A DNA stretch of 64,000 nt, from the IMG/VR virus record IMGVR_UViG_3300028591_000076, positions 128,001 to 192,000 of that record, one strand, 5' to 3'. The notes beneath the pieces are model-generated. The model was not told where the DNA came from. It searched no databases and saw only the letters and a program-made list of their open reading frames with translations. Positions 9,591 through 18,459 of the stretch are shown here, one piece after another. Made by a program: the position numbers and the translations under genes. This stretch comes from a virus (taxonomy: Duplodnaviria > Caudoviricetes). The stretch's first letter is position 1. Each line of letters begins with the position of its first letter.

Positions 9591-10370
9591 ATGGCAGTTC
9601 ATATAAAATCTAGAGAAGATATAAATGACGCAATTCGTTATATTGTAAAAGAAAAAGGTGGCGGAGACTTAGAATATAAAGGAAGAGTTGTAACATTTAC
9701 ATTAAATGGTTTTGACTTATTTATTTCTAATTCGCCATATAGTTTTAAGATTAGGTCAGTTGATTATAAAGAAAGTTTACAAGACGTTTATTATGCAGTA
9801 GAACATCAGCTATGCGTAAAAGAACAGTATGAAAAAGTTCTTACATCACATGATGAGTATGGTAATAAGCTTATTTATTATTATGATAAAACTCATAATA
9901 AAGTAGTTATGATTAAAGCAGTCCTTATTAAGGAAGGCGATAAAGTAGTAGGCTATAATTATAAATTTTTTAGAGAAGAAAAAAATATTCCTAGGTATAA
10001 AGAAATTTATGATAGATATGAATATTATAATAAAGATTATGGTATAGTAGACGATAATTATGTGCTCCAGGAATGGGATAAGGAAACAATTAAAGATACC
10101 GATATCGATCCAGAAGACTATAGACGCTATATTATAAACGAGTTCAAAGGTAAAAAGATTTCACCGAATAATACGCCTAATCTAGGAACTTATCATTATA
10201 AGTTCTATTTTAAATGTGATAATTGTGGAGTTGATACTTGGGAATGGCATGTACATAATTCAGGTGCTCTTATAGACTATTTTCCTCCATTTTTATGTAA
10301 AGAATGTAAAGAAAAACAAAAAAATGGTATATTAGGTCAGCTTAGAAATCAGCCAGGAAGATTTAATTGA
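9591..10370 (+). CDS. Hypothetical protein with C-terminal zinc ribbon
   Basis: CDNCG...CKEC; SD AGGAG. Confidence 0.55.
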   Translation: MAVHIKSREDINDAIRYIVKEKGGGDLEYKGRVVTFTLNGFDLFISNSPYSFKIRSVDYKESLQDVYYAVEHQLCVKEQYEKVLTSHDEYGNKLIYYYDKTHNKVVMIKAVLIKEGDKVVGYNYKFFREEKNIPRYKEIYDRYEYYNKDYGIVDDNYVLQEWDKETIKDTDIDPEDYRRYIINEFKGKKISPNNTPNLGTYHYKFYFKCDNCGVDTWEWHVHNSGALIDYFPPFLCKECKEKQKNGILGQLRNQPGRFN

Positions 10371-10897
10371 AAAAATTAACTTTTTCAGCGCCAGTAACAA
10401 TATTTTTAATTATAATTTCATTTATAATTCTTGTTACTGGTAAGTCTGCTTTATGCGCAACACATAATAGAATTGACCAAAATTTAATTTTACATATTTT
10501 TGGTCATTCTAATTTTAATCATTGGTTTGGTAATATTACACTATTAGCTATAATAGGCCAGTCGGTAGAAGATAAATATGGCAGTTGGACTACATTAATT
10601 TTAGTAATTTTAGATGCTATAATTGTGGGATTAGCTTATTGTTTTTTACAGCCTGTAAGCTGTTATGGTTTATCATCTGTAGTATATATGTTTGTTGTAT
10701 TGAATACATTTCCCTCTAAAAAGGATAATAGTATATCAATACTTACTATACTAATAATGATTATTTTTATTTGCCCAGAAATTATTGGCCTTATAAGGAA
10801 TAATGATAATATTGGACATTTGGCTCATCTTATTGCGGGATTAAATGGGCTAATTTTTGGTATTATATATAGCGCATTAAAATTAAGAAAAGAATAA
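10367..10897 (+). CDS. Rhomboid-family intramembrane serine protease
   Basis: HIFGH...HWFGN, E.KYG, GLSS (GxS) and HLAHL.G motifs within hydrophobic helices. Confidence 0.8.
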   Translation: MKKLTFSAPVTIFLIIISFIILVTGKSALCATHNRIDQNLILHIFGHSNFNHWFGNITLLAIIGQSVEDKYGSWTTLILVILDAIIVGLAYCFLQPVSCYGLSSVVYMFVVLNTFPSKKDNSISILTILIMIIFICPEIIGLIRNNDNIGHLAHLIAGLNGLIFGIIYSALKLRKE

Positions 10898-10901
10898 AAT
10901 T

Positions 10902-10926
10902 AAAAAGCTCCTATTTAAGGAGCTTT
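10902..10926. terminator. Bidirectional intrinsic terminator
   Basis: AAAGCTCCT...AGGAGCTTT between convergent genes. Confidence 0.7.
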
Positions 10927-10930
10927 AATA

Positions 10931-11956
10931 TTATCTATTAGCTATTTCTTTAACAATACAATTTAATAAGTCTAGCTTATTTGTTTTCCACTCAGCTAAC
11001 TTTGACTCTTCAATTTTATATTTATTTGAAATATGGTTTATGAAAGCTTCCTTAAAGTCAGACTCTGCTAATTCTTCATCTGTAGGGCTATAATTATCTA
11101 ATTCTTCTTCAATTTCAGCCGATGCTTCGTCTTCTTTTTTAGCTTGTAAGACTTTTTCATTATCGCCAACTGTAATTTGAATAGGTACATCATTTGGATT
11201 TACTATATCTATATGAATATCATTTTCTTCATCTTCATATGTATCTGTATTAGCTGGAATATTATCATCTTCATAGATATCTGAATCATCTAAATAGGCA
11301 GAATAATCAATTTCATCATCACTTGTAATTTCTGGATTATCAATTTTATTTAAAGTAACATCTGAAAAGTCTAGTCCACTTGTAGCCTGTTGATTACTAG
11401 CTTGGAAATGTGACCAGTCCGCATCATCTAAATGATTTTCTATATCTACTGGTGTACCTGTAACTGCTGTTGACACTTGAGCTGGTATTGTATCGCCATA
11501 AAGCTGTTCTTTATCTTCTTCTATATCAGATTCTGACTCATATTTAACTAAAACTTTAGAGTTGCCAATTTCGTCAGCTAAAATACCAGTCGCAGCTACA
11601 GCTTTTTGAGCGGCTACAAATTTATCTTTATACTGCCCAGGCTGTAATTTAACGCCAGCTTTTTTTAATTCTTTTTCTCTAGCATCTCCGACTTTTTCTG
11701 CTTCTTTATCTTTCATCTTCATTATTCTTTTTTTATCAAGATTTTTGAAGTCGTTATTTACTATATCTGAAACATTTTTATCCATATCAGACTCATTAAA
11801 TTGATATGTATTGTCAATTTGGATATCTGTCATTTCTGATAAATAGCATTTTTCGCCTGTTATAAATGGATTATTATTCTCATCAAAAATAACATATCCT
11901 ATAACATCTTTATTATTAAATTTGCCTTTAATACAAGTTCCTTCATTAAAAGTCAT
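10931..11956 (-). CDS. Acidic hypothetical protein, possibly virion-internal
   Basis: D/E-rich C-half; FNE motifs; SD GAGG; CTAATT upstream. Confidence 0.55.
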   Translation of the reverse strand: MTFNEGTCIKGKFNNKDVIGYVIFDENNNPFITGEKCYLSEMTDIQIDNTYQFNESDMDKNVSDIVNNDFKNLDKKRIMKMKDKEAEKVGDAREKELKKAGVKLQPGQYKDKFVAAQKAVAATGILADEIGNSKVLVKYESESDIEEDKEQLYGDTIPAQVSTAVTGTPVDIENHLDDADWSHFQASNQQATSGLDFSDVTLNKIDNPEITSDDEIDYSAYLDDSDIYEDDNIPANTDTYEDEENDIHIDIVNPNDVPIQITVGDNEKVLQAKKEDEASAEIEEELDNYSPTDEELAESDFKEAFINHISNKYKIEESKLAEWKTNKLDLLNCIVKEIANR

Positions 11957-12067
11957 AATTTTTCCTCTAATACCTATTTAGTAATATAGTAGCATTTATT
12001 AATCTTTTATAGAATTAGTGACTATTTTTTTTAATAGGTTACTAAATATACTTAGGAGATACTCATA

Positions 12068-12994
12068 ATGAAAATCGAATTTACAAAATTAGTTACATCC
12101 GAGGAAAATATAAAAGTAGATTTTGGTGATGGAAATGGATTTAGAGAATATCCAGTAAACGACGCTAAAAAGAATGGAATTACTATTCCTAATAATATAA
12201 CAGAATTTAATAATATAAAAATTAAAGGAAGCGCTAACGTAATTCCAAATCTTGAAGTTATGAAATCCTTAAAGTTTGGACCTCAAAATTATGAAATTCA
12301 TATAAAGGATTATTATCCTTTTATTGAATGGTACCATTATCAAGGACTTTGTTTCAATAATCTAACATATCCAGATATATTAAGTAATACTAGTGATTAT
12401 GGAAATTTCTTAAAGATGCTACTTTATATAATTCAAGCGCAGCTAAACAGTATTTATTATAATAATGACCATAATAATAATTTACTTCAGATTAATAATA
12501 GTAACCTTTACAGCGACTATAATTATACAACGCCTTTTTATATTAAATATATAGATTCTAAGGATAATAATACCTTACTTATACCCTTTTGTTGTCCTAG
12601 CTATGGGTCCTCTTTCCATTTAATAGGGCCAGATTTTTTTTATAAATCAACAGATGAAATACAAAATGAGGATTCATCTATAGTAATAGATGAGAATATA
12701 GGTGATTATATTCGTAATATTACGTCTTATGATACCTATTACCTTGATTTAATATCTCAGCTTAAGCAGGGCATGACTATATATTATAAAAATCCTGATG
12801 ATGAGTCTCTAAGTGATACTAATATAAAAATAGTTATTGATAATGATATAGAATATTCAGTTAGTACGCCTTTTGGATATAATGAGGATACAAGTAAATA
12901 TGAGAGAACTATTATAGCAGATAATAATACGGGACTTACGCATACTGTAGATGATAATTTTTCTGCTGGTACAGCTTATATAGTAGAATGTTAA
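12068..12994 (+). CDS. Hypothetical protein
   Basis: 308-aa ORF with SD AGGAG. Confidence 0.6.
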   Translation: MKIEFTKLVTSEENIKVDFGDGNGFREYPVNDAKKNGITIPNNITEFNNIKIKGSANVIPNLEVMKSLKFGPQNYEIHIKDYYPFIEWYHYQGLCFNNLTYPDILSNTSDYGNFLKMLLYIIQAQLNSIYYNNDHNNNLLQINNSNLYSDYNYTTPFYIKYIDSKDNNTLLIPFCCPSYGSSFHLIGPDFFYKSTDEIQNEDSSIVIDENIGDYIRNITSYDTYYLDLISQLKQGMTIYYKNPDDESLSDTNIKIVIDNDIEYSVSTPFGYNEDTSKYERTIIADNNTGLTHTVDDNFSAGTAYIVEC

Positions 12995-13806
12995 ATTTAC
13001 TTATTTGTAATAATAGGCTTGAAGACGTAGAAAATATTAATAAAAATATAGCGCTATTCAAGTCTATTTTTAATGAATCTAATATATTTATATTTCATGA
13101 CTCTGATATACAATGTGATAGCTATGATAAAAGAACTGTTGTTTTCAGTATTAATAAAAATATTGGATTATTAGCGGGTAGAAAATATTTGGTAGAGCAT
13201 ATACCAGAAAAGTATAATAATGAATATTTTATATGGTTAGACTCTGATGATCTATTATTACCACAAGAGCTACAAAGGGGATATGATGAAATATCTAAAA
13301 ATGACTGGGATTACTATGGTTTACTAGATAGTGATAGGGTTTGGAATAAAATTTATAGATTATCACTTTTAAAAGAGGCATATGAAGTAATCCCACAAGA
13401 TATGTTTGGATTTAAAATTCTTTATCAAGAAGATAGTTTTATTAAATCTGTAATACTTGATATAGCTGTAAAAAGACAATTTAATAATATTAAGTCAGCA
13501 GATATTAGATTTATAAAGTATAATGGATATCATGCGCCAAACTTATCTAACCCTGAGTCAGCTAAAAAGTTTTTTGAAAGTTTTTTCATAAAAGAAATTT
13601 GGGGCATTAATAAAGTTGGACCATTTAAGATTTTGCCTAGACAATTATCAATTATAATTTATAATGATATAAAACATTATGGTGAAAATTATATACTTGG
13701 TATTATTAATGATATAATAAGTAAATTACCAGAAAAATATCATAGCTATTTTAAGGATATTATAGATAGCGCACAAAAATTAGATTTAACTCTAAATACA
13801 AAATAA
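12988..13806 (+). CDS. Glycosyltransferase family 2-like protein
   Basis: N.GL..GR, IWLDSDD, VWNKIYR, ED motifs. Confidence 0.65.
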   Translation: MLNLLICNNRLEDVENINKNIALFKSIFNESNIFIFHDSDIQCDSYDKRTVVFSINKNIGLLAGRKYLVEHIPEKYNNEYFIWLDSDDLLLPQELQRGYDEISKNDWDYYGLLDSDRVWNKIYRLSLLKEAYEVIPQDMFGFKILYQEDSFIKSVILDIAVKRQFNNIKSADIRFIKYNGYHAPNLSNPESAKKFFESFFIKEIWGINKVGPFKILPRQLSIIIYNDIKHYGENYILGIINDIISKLPEKYHSYFKDIIDSAQKLDLTLNTK

Positions 13807-13835
13807 AAAAAGTCCCCAATTAAGGGGACTTTCTT
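13806..13835. terminator. Bidirectional intrinsic terminator
   Basis: AAAGTCCCC-aattaa-GGGGACTTT. Confidence 0.75.
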
Positions 13836-13836
13836 G

Positions 13837-15717
13837 TTATGCATCTTTTACTTCATACTCAACGTCATCTGATGTTCCACTATTTGGCGCAGTATTAGTA
13901 CTTTGATTAGCCTGCTGACTTTCATACATTTTTTGACCAATAATATATGAAGCCTGCTTAGCATCTTCCAGAGCTTTTTTCAAGTCACTAATATTATTTT
14001 TATCTTTCTCTTCTTTCAATTTAGAAAGCGCAGCTTCTACTTTAGATTTTTCATCCGAAGATAATTTATCGCCATAATCTTTTAATGACTTTTCGGTAGA
14101 GTTTATAAGTGAATCAGCCTCATTTTTTGTATCTGCCATTTCCCTTATTTTTTTATCTTCTTCCGCATGCATCTCAGCATCCTTCTGCATTTTTTCAATT
14201 TCTTCCTTTGAAAGGCTAGAAGAAGCTGTAATTGTAATTTTCTGGTCCTTACCTGTTCCTTTATCCTTTGCTGAAACGCTAAGAATACCATTACTATCCA
14301 ATTCGAAGGATACTTCAATTTGTGGCAGTCCTCTAGGAGCTGGTGGAATACCATCAAGATTAAAATTACCAAGTGTCTTATTATCAGCAGCCATAGGTCT
14401 TTCGCCCTGTAATACATGAATAGTTACAGCTGTCTGATTATCTGCATATGTAGAGAATACTTGACTTTTCTTTGTAGGGATTGTAGTATTCTTATCAATA
14501 ATTTTTGTAAATACACCACCCGCAGTTTCAATACCGAGTGAGAGAGGTGTTACATCAAGAAGAACTAGGTCTTGTTTTACGTCACCACTAAGTACACCAC
14601 CCTGAATTGCAGCTCCAATAGCAACAGCTTCATCAGGATTTACTGATTTATTTCCTTCTTTACCAAATACTTCCTTTACAAGAGCCTGAATAGCAGGAAC
14701 ACGCGTTGTACCACCAACAAGGAGAATATCATCAATATCTGAAGTTGATAATCCAGCATCTTTCAAAGCTTGAAGCATAGGAGCACGATGACGTTCTACT
14801 AGCGGAGCAATAATTTGCTCGAATTTTGCTCTGGAAATTTCCATCTGCAAATGCTTTGGACCTGTTGCATCCGCGGTAATAAAAGGTAGGTTAATAGATG
14901 TAGTAGTTGAGCTAGAGAGTGCAATTTTAGCATTTTCTGCTGCTTCCTTAATACGCTGAAGAGCCATAGGATCATTCTTCAAATCTACACCATTTGTTTT
15001 CTTAAAGTCATCACAAATGTAGTCTACAAGCGCATTATCAAAGTCGGTACCACCAAGCTTTGCATCGCCCGAAGTAGCCAAAACTTCAAAAACACCATCA
15101 GAAACATCAAGAATTGAAACATCAAAAGTTCCACTTCCGGCGTCGACAACAGCTAGCTTCTTATTAATATCCTTTTTATCAAAACCAAATGCTAATGCTG
15201 CAGCAGTTGGCTCAGCTACAAGACGTTCTACTTCCAAACCTGCAATTTTACCAGCATCCTTTGTTGCTTGTCTTTGCTTATCATTAAAATATGCTGGAAC
15301 AGTAATAACAGCTTTTGTAACAATTTCGCCCAAATAGTCTTCTGCTGTTTTCTTCATTTTCATCAAAATTTGAGCAGAAATTTCTTCTGGGGATAAATCT
15401 TTTCCATCAATGTTTATCCTAGCTGCTCCATTAGCGCCTTCAGTAACCTTATATGGAACAATATTTATCCAGTCTTTCATTTCTGAATAATTATTTCCCA
15501 TAAAACGTTTAATAGCATAAATAGTATTTTTTGGATTTGTAATTGCCACATTTTTTGCTGACTTACCAACAATTATTTGTCCATCTTTATATGAAACAAA
15601 AGAAGGAGTTGTTCTATCGCCCGCATCATTAACAATAACAGTTGGCGTTCCATTTTCAATTATTGATACACAACTATTACCTGTGCCTAAATCGACACCC
15701 AAAATCTTATTAGTCAT
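13837..15717 (-). CDS. dnaK: Molecular chaperone DnaK (Hsp70)
   Basis: [78 protein letters not shown]. Confidence 0.97.
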   Translation of the reverse strand: MTNKILGVDLGTGNSCVSIIENGTPTVIVNDAGDRTTPSFVSYKDGQIIVGKSAKNVAITNPKNTIYAIKRFMGNNYSEMKDWINIVPYKVTEGANGAARINIDGKDLSPEEISAQILMKMKKTAEDYLGEIVTKAVITVPAYFNDKQRQATKDAGKIAGLEVERLVAEPTAAALAFGFDKKDINKKLAVVDAGSGTFDVSILDVSDGVFEVLATSGDAKLGGTDFDNALVDYICDDFKKTNGVDLKNDPMALQRIKEAAENAKIALSSSTTTSINLPFITADATGPKHLQMEISRAKFEQIIAPLVERHRAPMLQALKDAGLSTSDIDDILLVGGTTRVPAIQALVKEVFGKEGNKSVNPDEAVAIGAAIQGGVLSGDVKQDLVLLDVTPLSLGIETAGGVFTKIIDKNTTIPTKKSQVFSTYADNQTAVTIHVLQGERPMAADNKTLGNFNLDGIPPAPRGLPQIEVSFELDSNGILSVSAKDKGTGKDQKITITASSSLSKEEIEKMQKDAEMHAEEDKKIREMADTKNEADSLINSTEKSLKDYGDKLSSDEKSKVEAALSKLKEEKDKNNISDLKKALEDAKQASYIIGQKMYESQQANQSTNTAPNSGTSDDVEYEVKDA

Positions 15718-15719
15718 TA

Positions 15720-16817
15720 TTATTTCCTCTTAAATTTTTCTTTCCAATTTTTTCCAAATTTAGATTCCATATAAGAAAAACAGTCTCTTAAATCAGCACT
15801 TTTTAAGATTATGACATTATTATCTCTTATGCATTGCGTTTTAGCTAATGTTTTTTCAGTAATAGAAAACGTATTTCTATCTAAAATAATGCCATTTTCA
15901 TTTAATAATGCGTCATTTTTTATTTCATAAAGAACATTATCCATAATAAAGTCTGGATAATACATATGTTCTTTACCGAGACTATCCACATATGGTATAC
16001 TATAGGGCTCTCTAATAATATTATGGCCTAAGCTTAAATGATAGATATAAAATGCTAATTCCCAGCTAGAATCAAATAATATATCATTATAAATATATGA
16101 AGAATGCGTACCTATAAAAGCTAATTTACCATATTTTTGTATTTGTGTATCCATAGACTTTTTAAGTACATTAGGGTCACATAATGCGCTAGGCCCTCCA
16201 TATCTTTCAATATTTGTAGCTATTTGTTTTTTTCTAATATCATTATTTTGAGCTGCAAAATCTACGCCATATCTTTCATTCATTGTTTGAATACGCTTTG
16301 CTAATATTCTTGGGTCCTCTTGAATATTTCGGTATCCATATAATTTTTCACATGTATCCCGACCTTTTTCTAAAAGTTCTCTAGATGCAAAACCTGTTCC
16401 GCCATATTTCTCAATATTAGTTTTTTTAGTTTTATTTTTTATTTCTTTAATTTTTTGAGGATTATCAAATCCTTTGCCATAAGTATCTTCTAATGAGGCT
16501 TTTACTTTATCAGCTAAAGTTTTTGAAGCAAATCCAATACCGCCATAAAGTTCAGTATTAGTTTTAATTCTTTGCTCTTTTATTTTAAGTTTTTCCTCTT
16601 CTGTTTTAGACTGCCATGCCATCGTTCTAGCGCAATCCCTACATAAAAAAATACTTCTTGGTCCCATCCTTTTAAGTTGGTCTTTGCGCCTTTTAAAAGG
16701 TTTTTTACAAATACTACAATTGGTCTCAAAGTATGTACTACAAGTAATATTATTTAAAATTTGTAATTTATCATTATCTGATAACTTTGTGTCTATTTTA
16801 ATAATCTTCTGTTCCAT
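15720..16817 (-). CDS. Free-standing homing-endonuclease-like protein (repeats + PD-(D/E)XK, no methyltransferase)
   Basis: TNxExYG repeats; [10 protein letters not shown]...YYPDF...YEIK. Confidence 0.7.
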   Translation of the reverse strand: MEQKIIKIDTKLSDNDKLQILNNITCSTYFETNCSICKKPFKRRKDQLKRMGPRSIFLCRDCARTMAWQSKTEEEKLKIKEQRIKTNTELYGGIGFASKTLADKVKASLEDTYGKGFDNPQKIKEIKNKTKKTNIEKYGGTGFASRELLEKGRDTCEKLYGYRNIQEDPRILAKRIQTMNERYGVDFAAQNNDIRKKQIATNIERYGGPSALCDPNVLKKSMDTQIQKYGKLAFIGTHSSYIYNDILFDSSWELAFYIYHLSLGHNIIREPYSIPYVDSLGKEHMYYPDFIMDNVLYEIKNDALLNENGIILDRNTFSITEKTLAKTQCIRDNNVIILKSADLRDCFSYMESKFGKNWKEKFKRK

Positions 16818-16890
16818 ACAATAATTAGTAGTTCCTAAATATAGGTACTGGTAATATTTGTAAGCTTTTATAAAACTAAAATAACTATTA

Positions 16891-16920
16891 TAGCCCTTAA
16901 TAGAATTATATTAAGGGCTA
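16891..16920 (-). terminator. Hairpin downstream of hsp20
   Basis: TAGCCCTTAATA...TATTAAGGGCTA inverted repeat. Confidence 0.55.
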
Positions 16921-16933
16921 TTTAGGTAAAGAG

Positions 16934-17464
16934 TTATTCTGAGTCTTTTTCAGTTACTTCTACATCTTCTGCGTCTTTCGCATTTGCAATCTGCTTTGGT
17001 TCTTCTTTCTTTCCAAAGAGAACGCGATTCTTAGCAAGTTTTTCATTGCATGGAACCATAATGCTGAAAATACCATTTTTCAAATCAACCGTTGCTTTAT
17101 CAGCATTAAAGTAAGTTGGGTCAATATAGAAAGAGATATCTGATGCTTCGCGAGAATATTTAATTCCGCCCTGAAGATACTTTCTCTTTTCTGTTGGCTG
17201 TTCTTTCTTTAATGTAACAGTAATATAGTTGTCTTTATAATCGCACTGAATTTCATCTTCAGTATAACCGGCAACTGCGCATTCAATATGAAGCGCGCCA
17301 TCTTCTGTTCTATAAATATCTGATTTTGGATAGTTAGATGAACAGATAGAATTTGTTACTTTAGTGGGAATATCACTAAAACCAATTGAGAAAAATGGAT
17401 CATTGAAAAATGAATCAAGAATAGAAGCTGCTGTTACAGCTGCGGGATAGTTACGATTACTCAT
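16934..17464 (-). CDS. Small heat-shock protein (Hsp20/alpha-crystallin family)
   Basis: YP..DIY, AVAGY..DEI, GIK, A.V.LKNGI..I.VP. Confidence 0.85.
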   Translation of the reverse strand: MSNRNYPAAVTAASILDSFFNDPFFSIGFSDIPTKVTNSICSSNYPKSDIYRTEDGALHIECAVAGYTEDEIQCDYKDNYITVTLKKEQPTEKRKYLQGGIKYSREASDISFYIDPTYFNADKATVDLKNGIFSIMVPCNEKLAKNRVLFGKKEEPKQIANAKDAEDVEVTEKDSE

Positions 17465-17485
17465 AGTACATCGTCCTTATAAAAT

Positions 17486-17544
17486 GTTACCCTATTATGA
17501 GCCCTAGGTAACTGGGCATCAATATCTCCCTCATACGAGGCGAG
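17486..17544 (-). promoter_or_regulatory. Structured 5' leader of hsp20 (hairpin + putative H-type pseudoknot)
   Basis: CTC-G-CCTC/GAGG-GAG hairpin; GCCC/GGGC stem whose loop GTTACC is complementary to downstream GGTAAC. Confidence 0.5.
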
Positions 17545-17661
17545 TTTTTATATTAAAAAAGTATCCAAAATAGATTTGCAATACTTCTATAATATTCACA
17601 ATATTATATGTAAATTAGTTACATTTTGCGTAAAACTAATTTACATATTAATTAGTACATT

Positions 17662-18351
17662 TTAAATAGTAGCATGCGGAGCCTTAAGTATGTGCGCCCA
17701 TTTTACTAAGCTATTATTATAAGGCTTTAGCTTTGTAATAAAATCTATAAAGTTAACCTTTTCTACAGGCTTATTAAATCGCTTTATATATATTTCCTCT
17801 GGATAAGTATCAGTTTCAATACTTTTTAGCATTTCTGCTCTTTCAAAATAATTATTCTTACTAGGTATTGCATCATAGTTAACACAGAAATAAGTTCCAA
17901 ATATACAAGCTATCTCATATGAATCATCAAACTTGCCAGACACTACAATTGCGGACCCATTAGAAACTTTAGAACTAATATCTTTTACGGGTATTTCGGT
18001 AAAAGTATCAATTTCTTCACCAAGCCATAAATTTATACCTTTAGCTAAAACCTCATGCACTTCCCAAGGCTTGAAACTATCAGAATAATGACCTTTATAG
18101 CCTTTATATAAAAGAGGCGCAGTATCCTTATAGATATTATCTATTTCATCGGAAGTTTCAAAAAAAGATAGCATTGCTTGACTTGGTCTATCACACATAC
18201 CAACTGGTAATACATAGCCCATTGCAGTAAGAGCTGAACAAATAACGCTACAAATTCTTTCATCTACTGGTATATTTTCATTAGATGATAAATCTAACTT
18301 TTTAGAAATATAATTTTCTGGACCTACTAAATTTAATTTTTCTATTTTCAT
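17662..18351 (-). CDS. Hypothetical protein, possibly a degenerate C39-like peptidase
   Basis: C...CSALTAMG, PWEVHEVL, NG.AIVVSGKF; no GH motif. Confidence 0.4.
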   Translation of the reverse strand: MKIEKLNLVGPENYISKKLDLSSNENIPVDERICSVICSALTAMGYVLPVGMCDRPSQAMLSFFETSDEIDNIYKDTAPLLYKGYKGHYSDSFKPWEVHEVLAKGINLWLGEEIDTFTEIPVKDISSKVSNGSAIVVSGKFDDSYEIACIFGTYFCVNYDAIPSKNNYFERAEMLKSIETDTYPEEIYIKRFNKPVEKVNFIDFITKLKPYNNSLVKWAHILKAPHATI

Positions 18352-18459
18352 AAAATTATATTAGCATTCTATATTATTATATGGACTTTTACATATTTTA
18401 ATTATAGATAAAAATAATAGTCTAATCGTTAATTTTTAAATACTTAGGATTTTAATTAT

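Noticed and set aside
12440-12530. Asn/AAT-rich tract as a diversity-generating retroelement target
   Set aside because: No reverse transcriptase or template-repeat copy in the window; consistent with ordinary AT-rich low complexity.
17465-17661. CIRCE (HrcA) operator upstream of hsp20/dnaK
   Set aside because: No TTAGCACTC-N9-GAGTGCTAA match was found.
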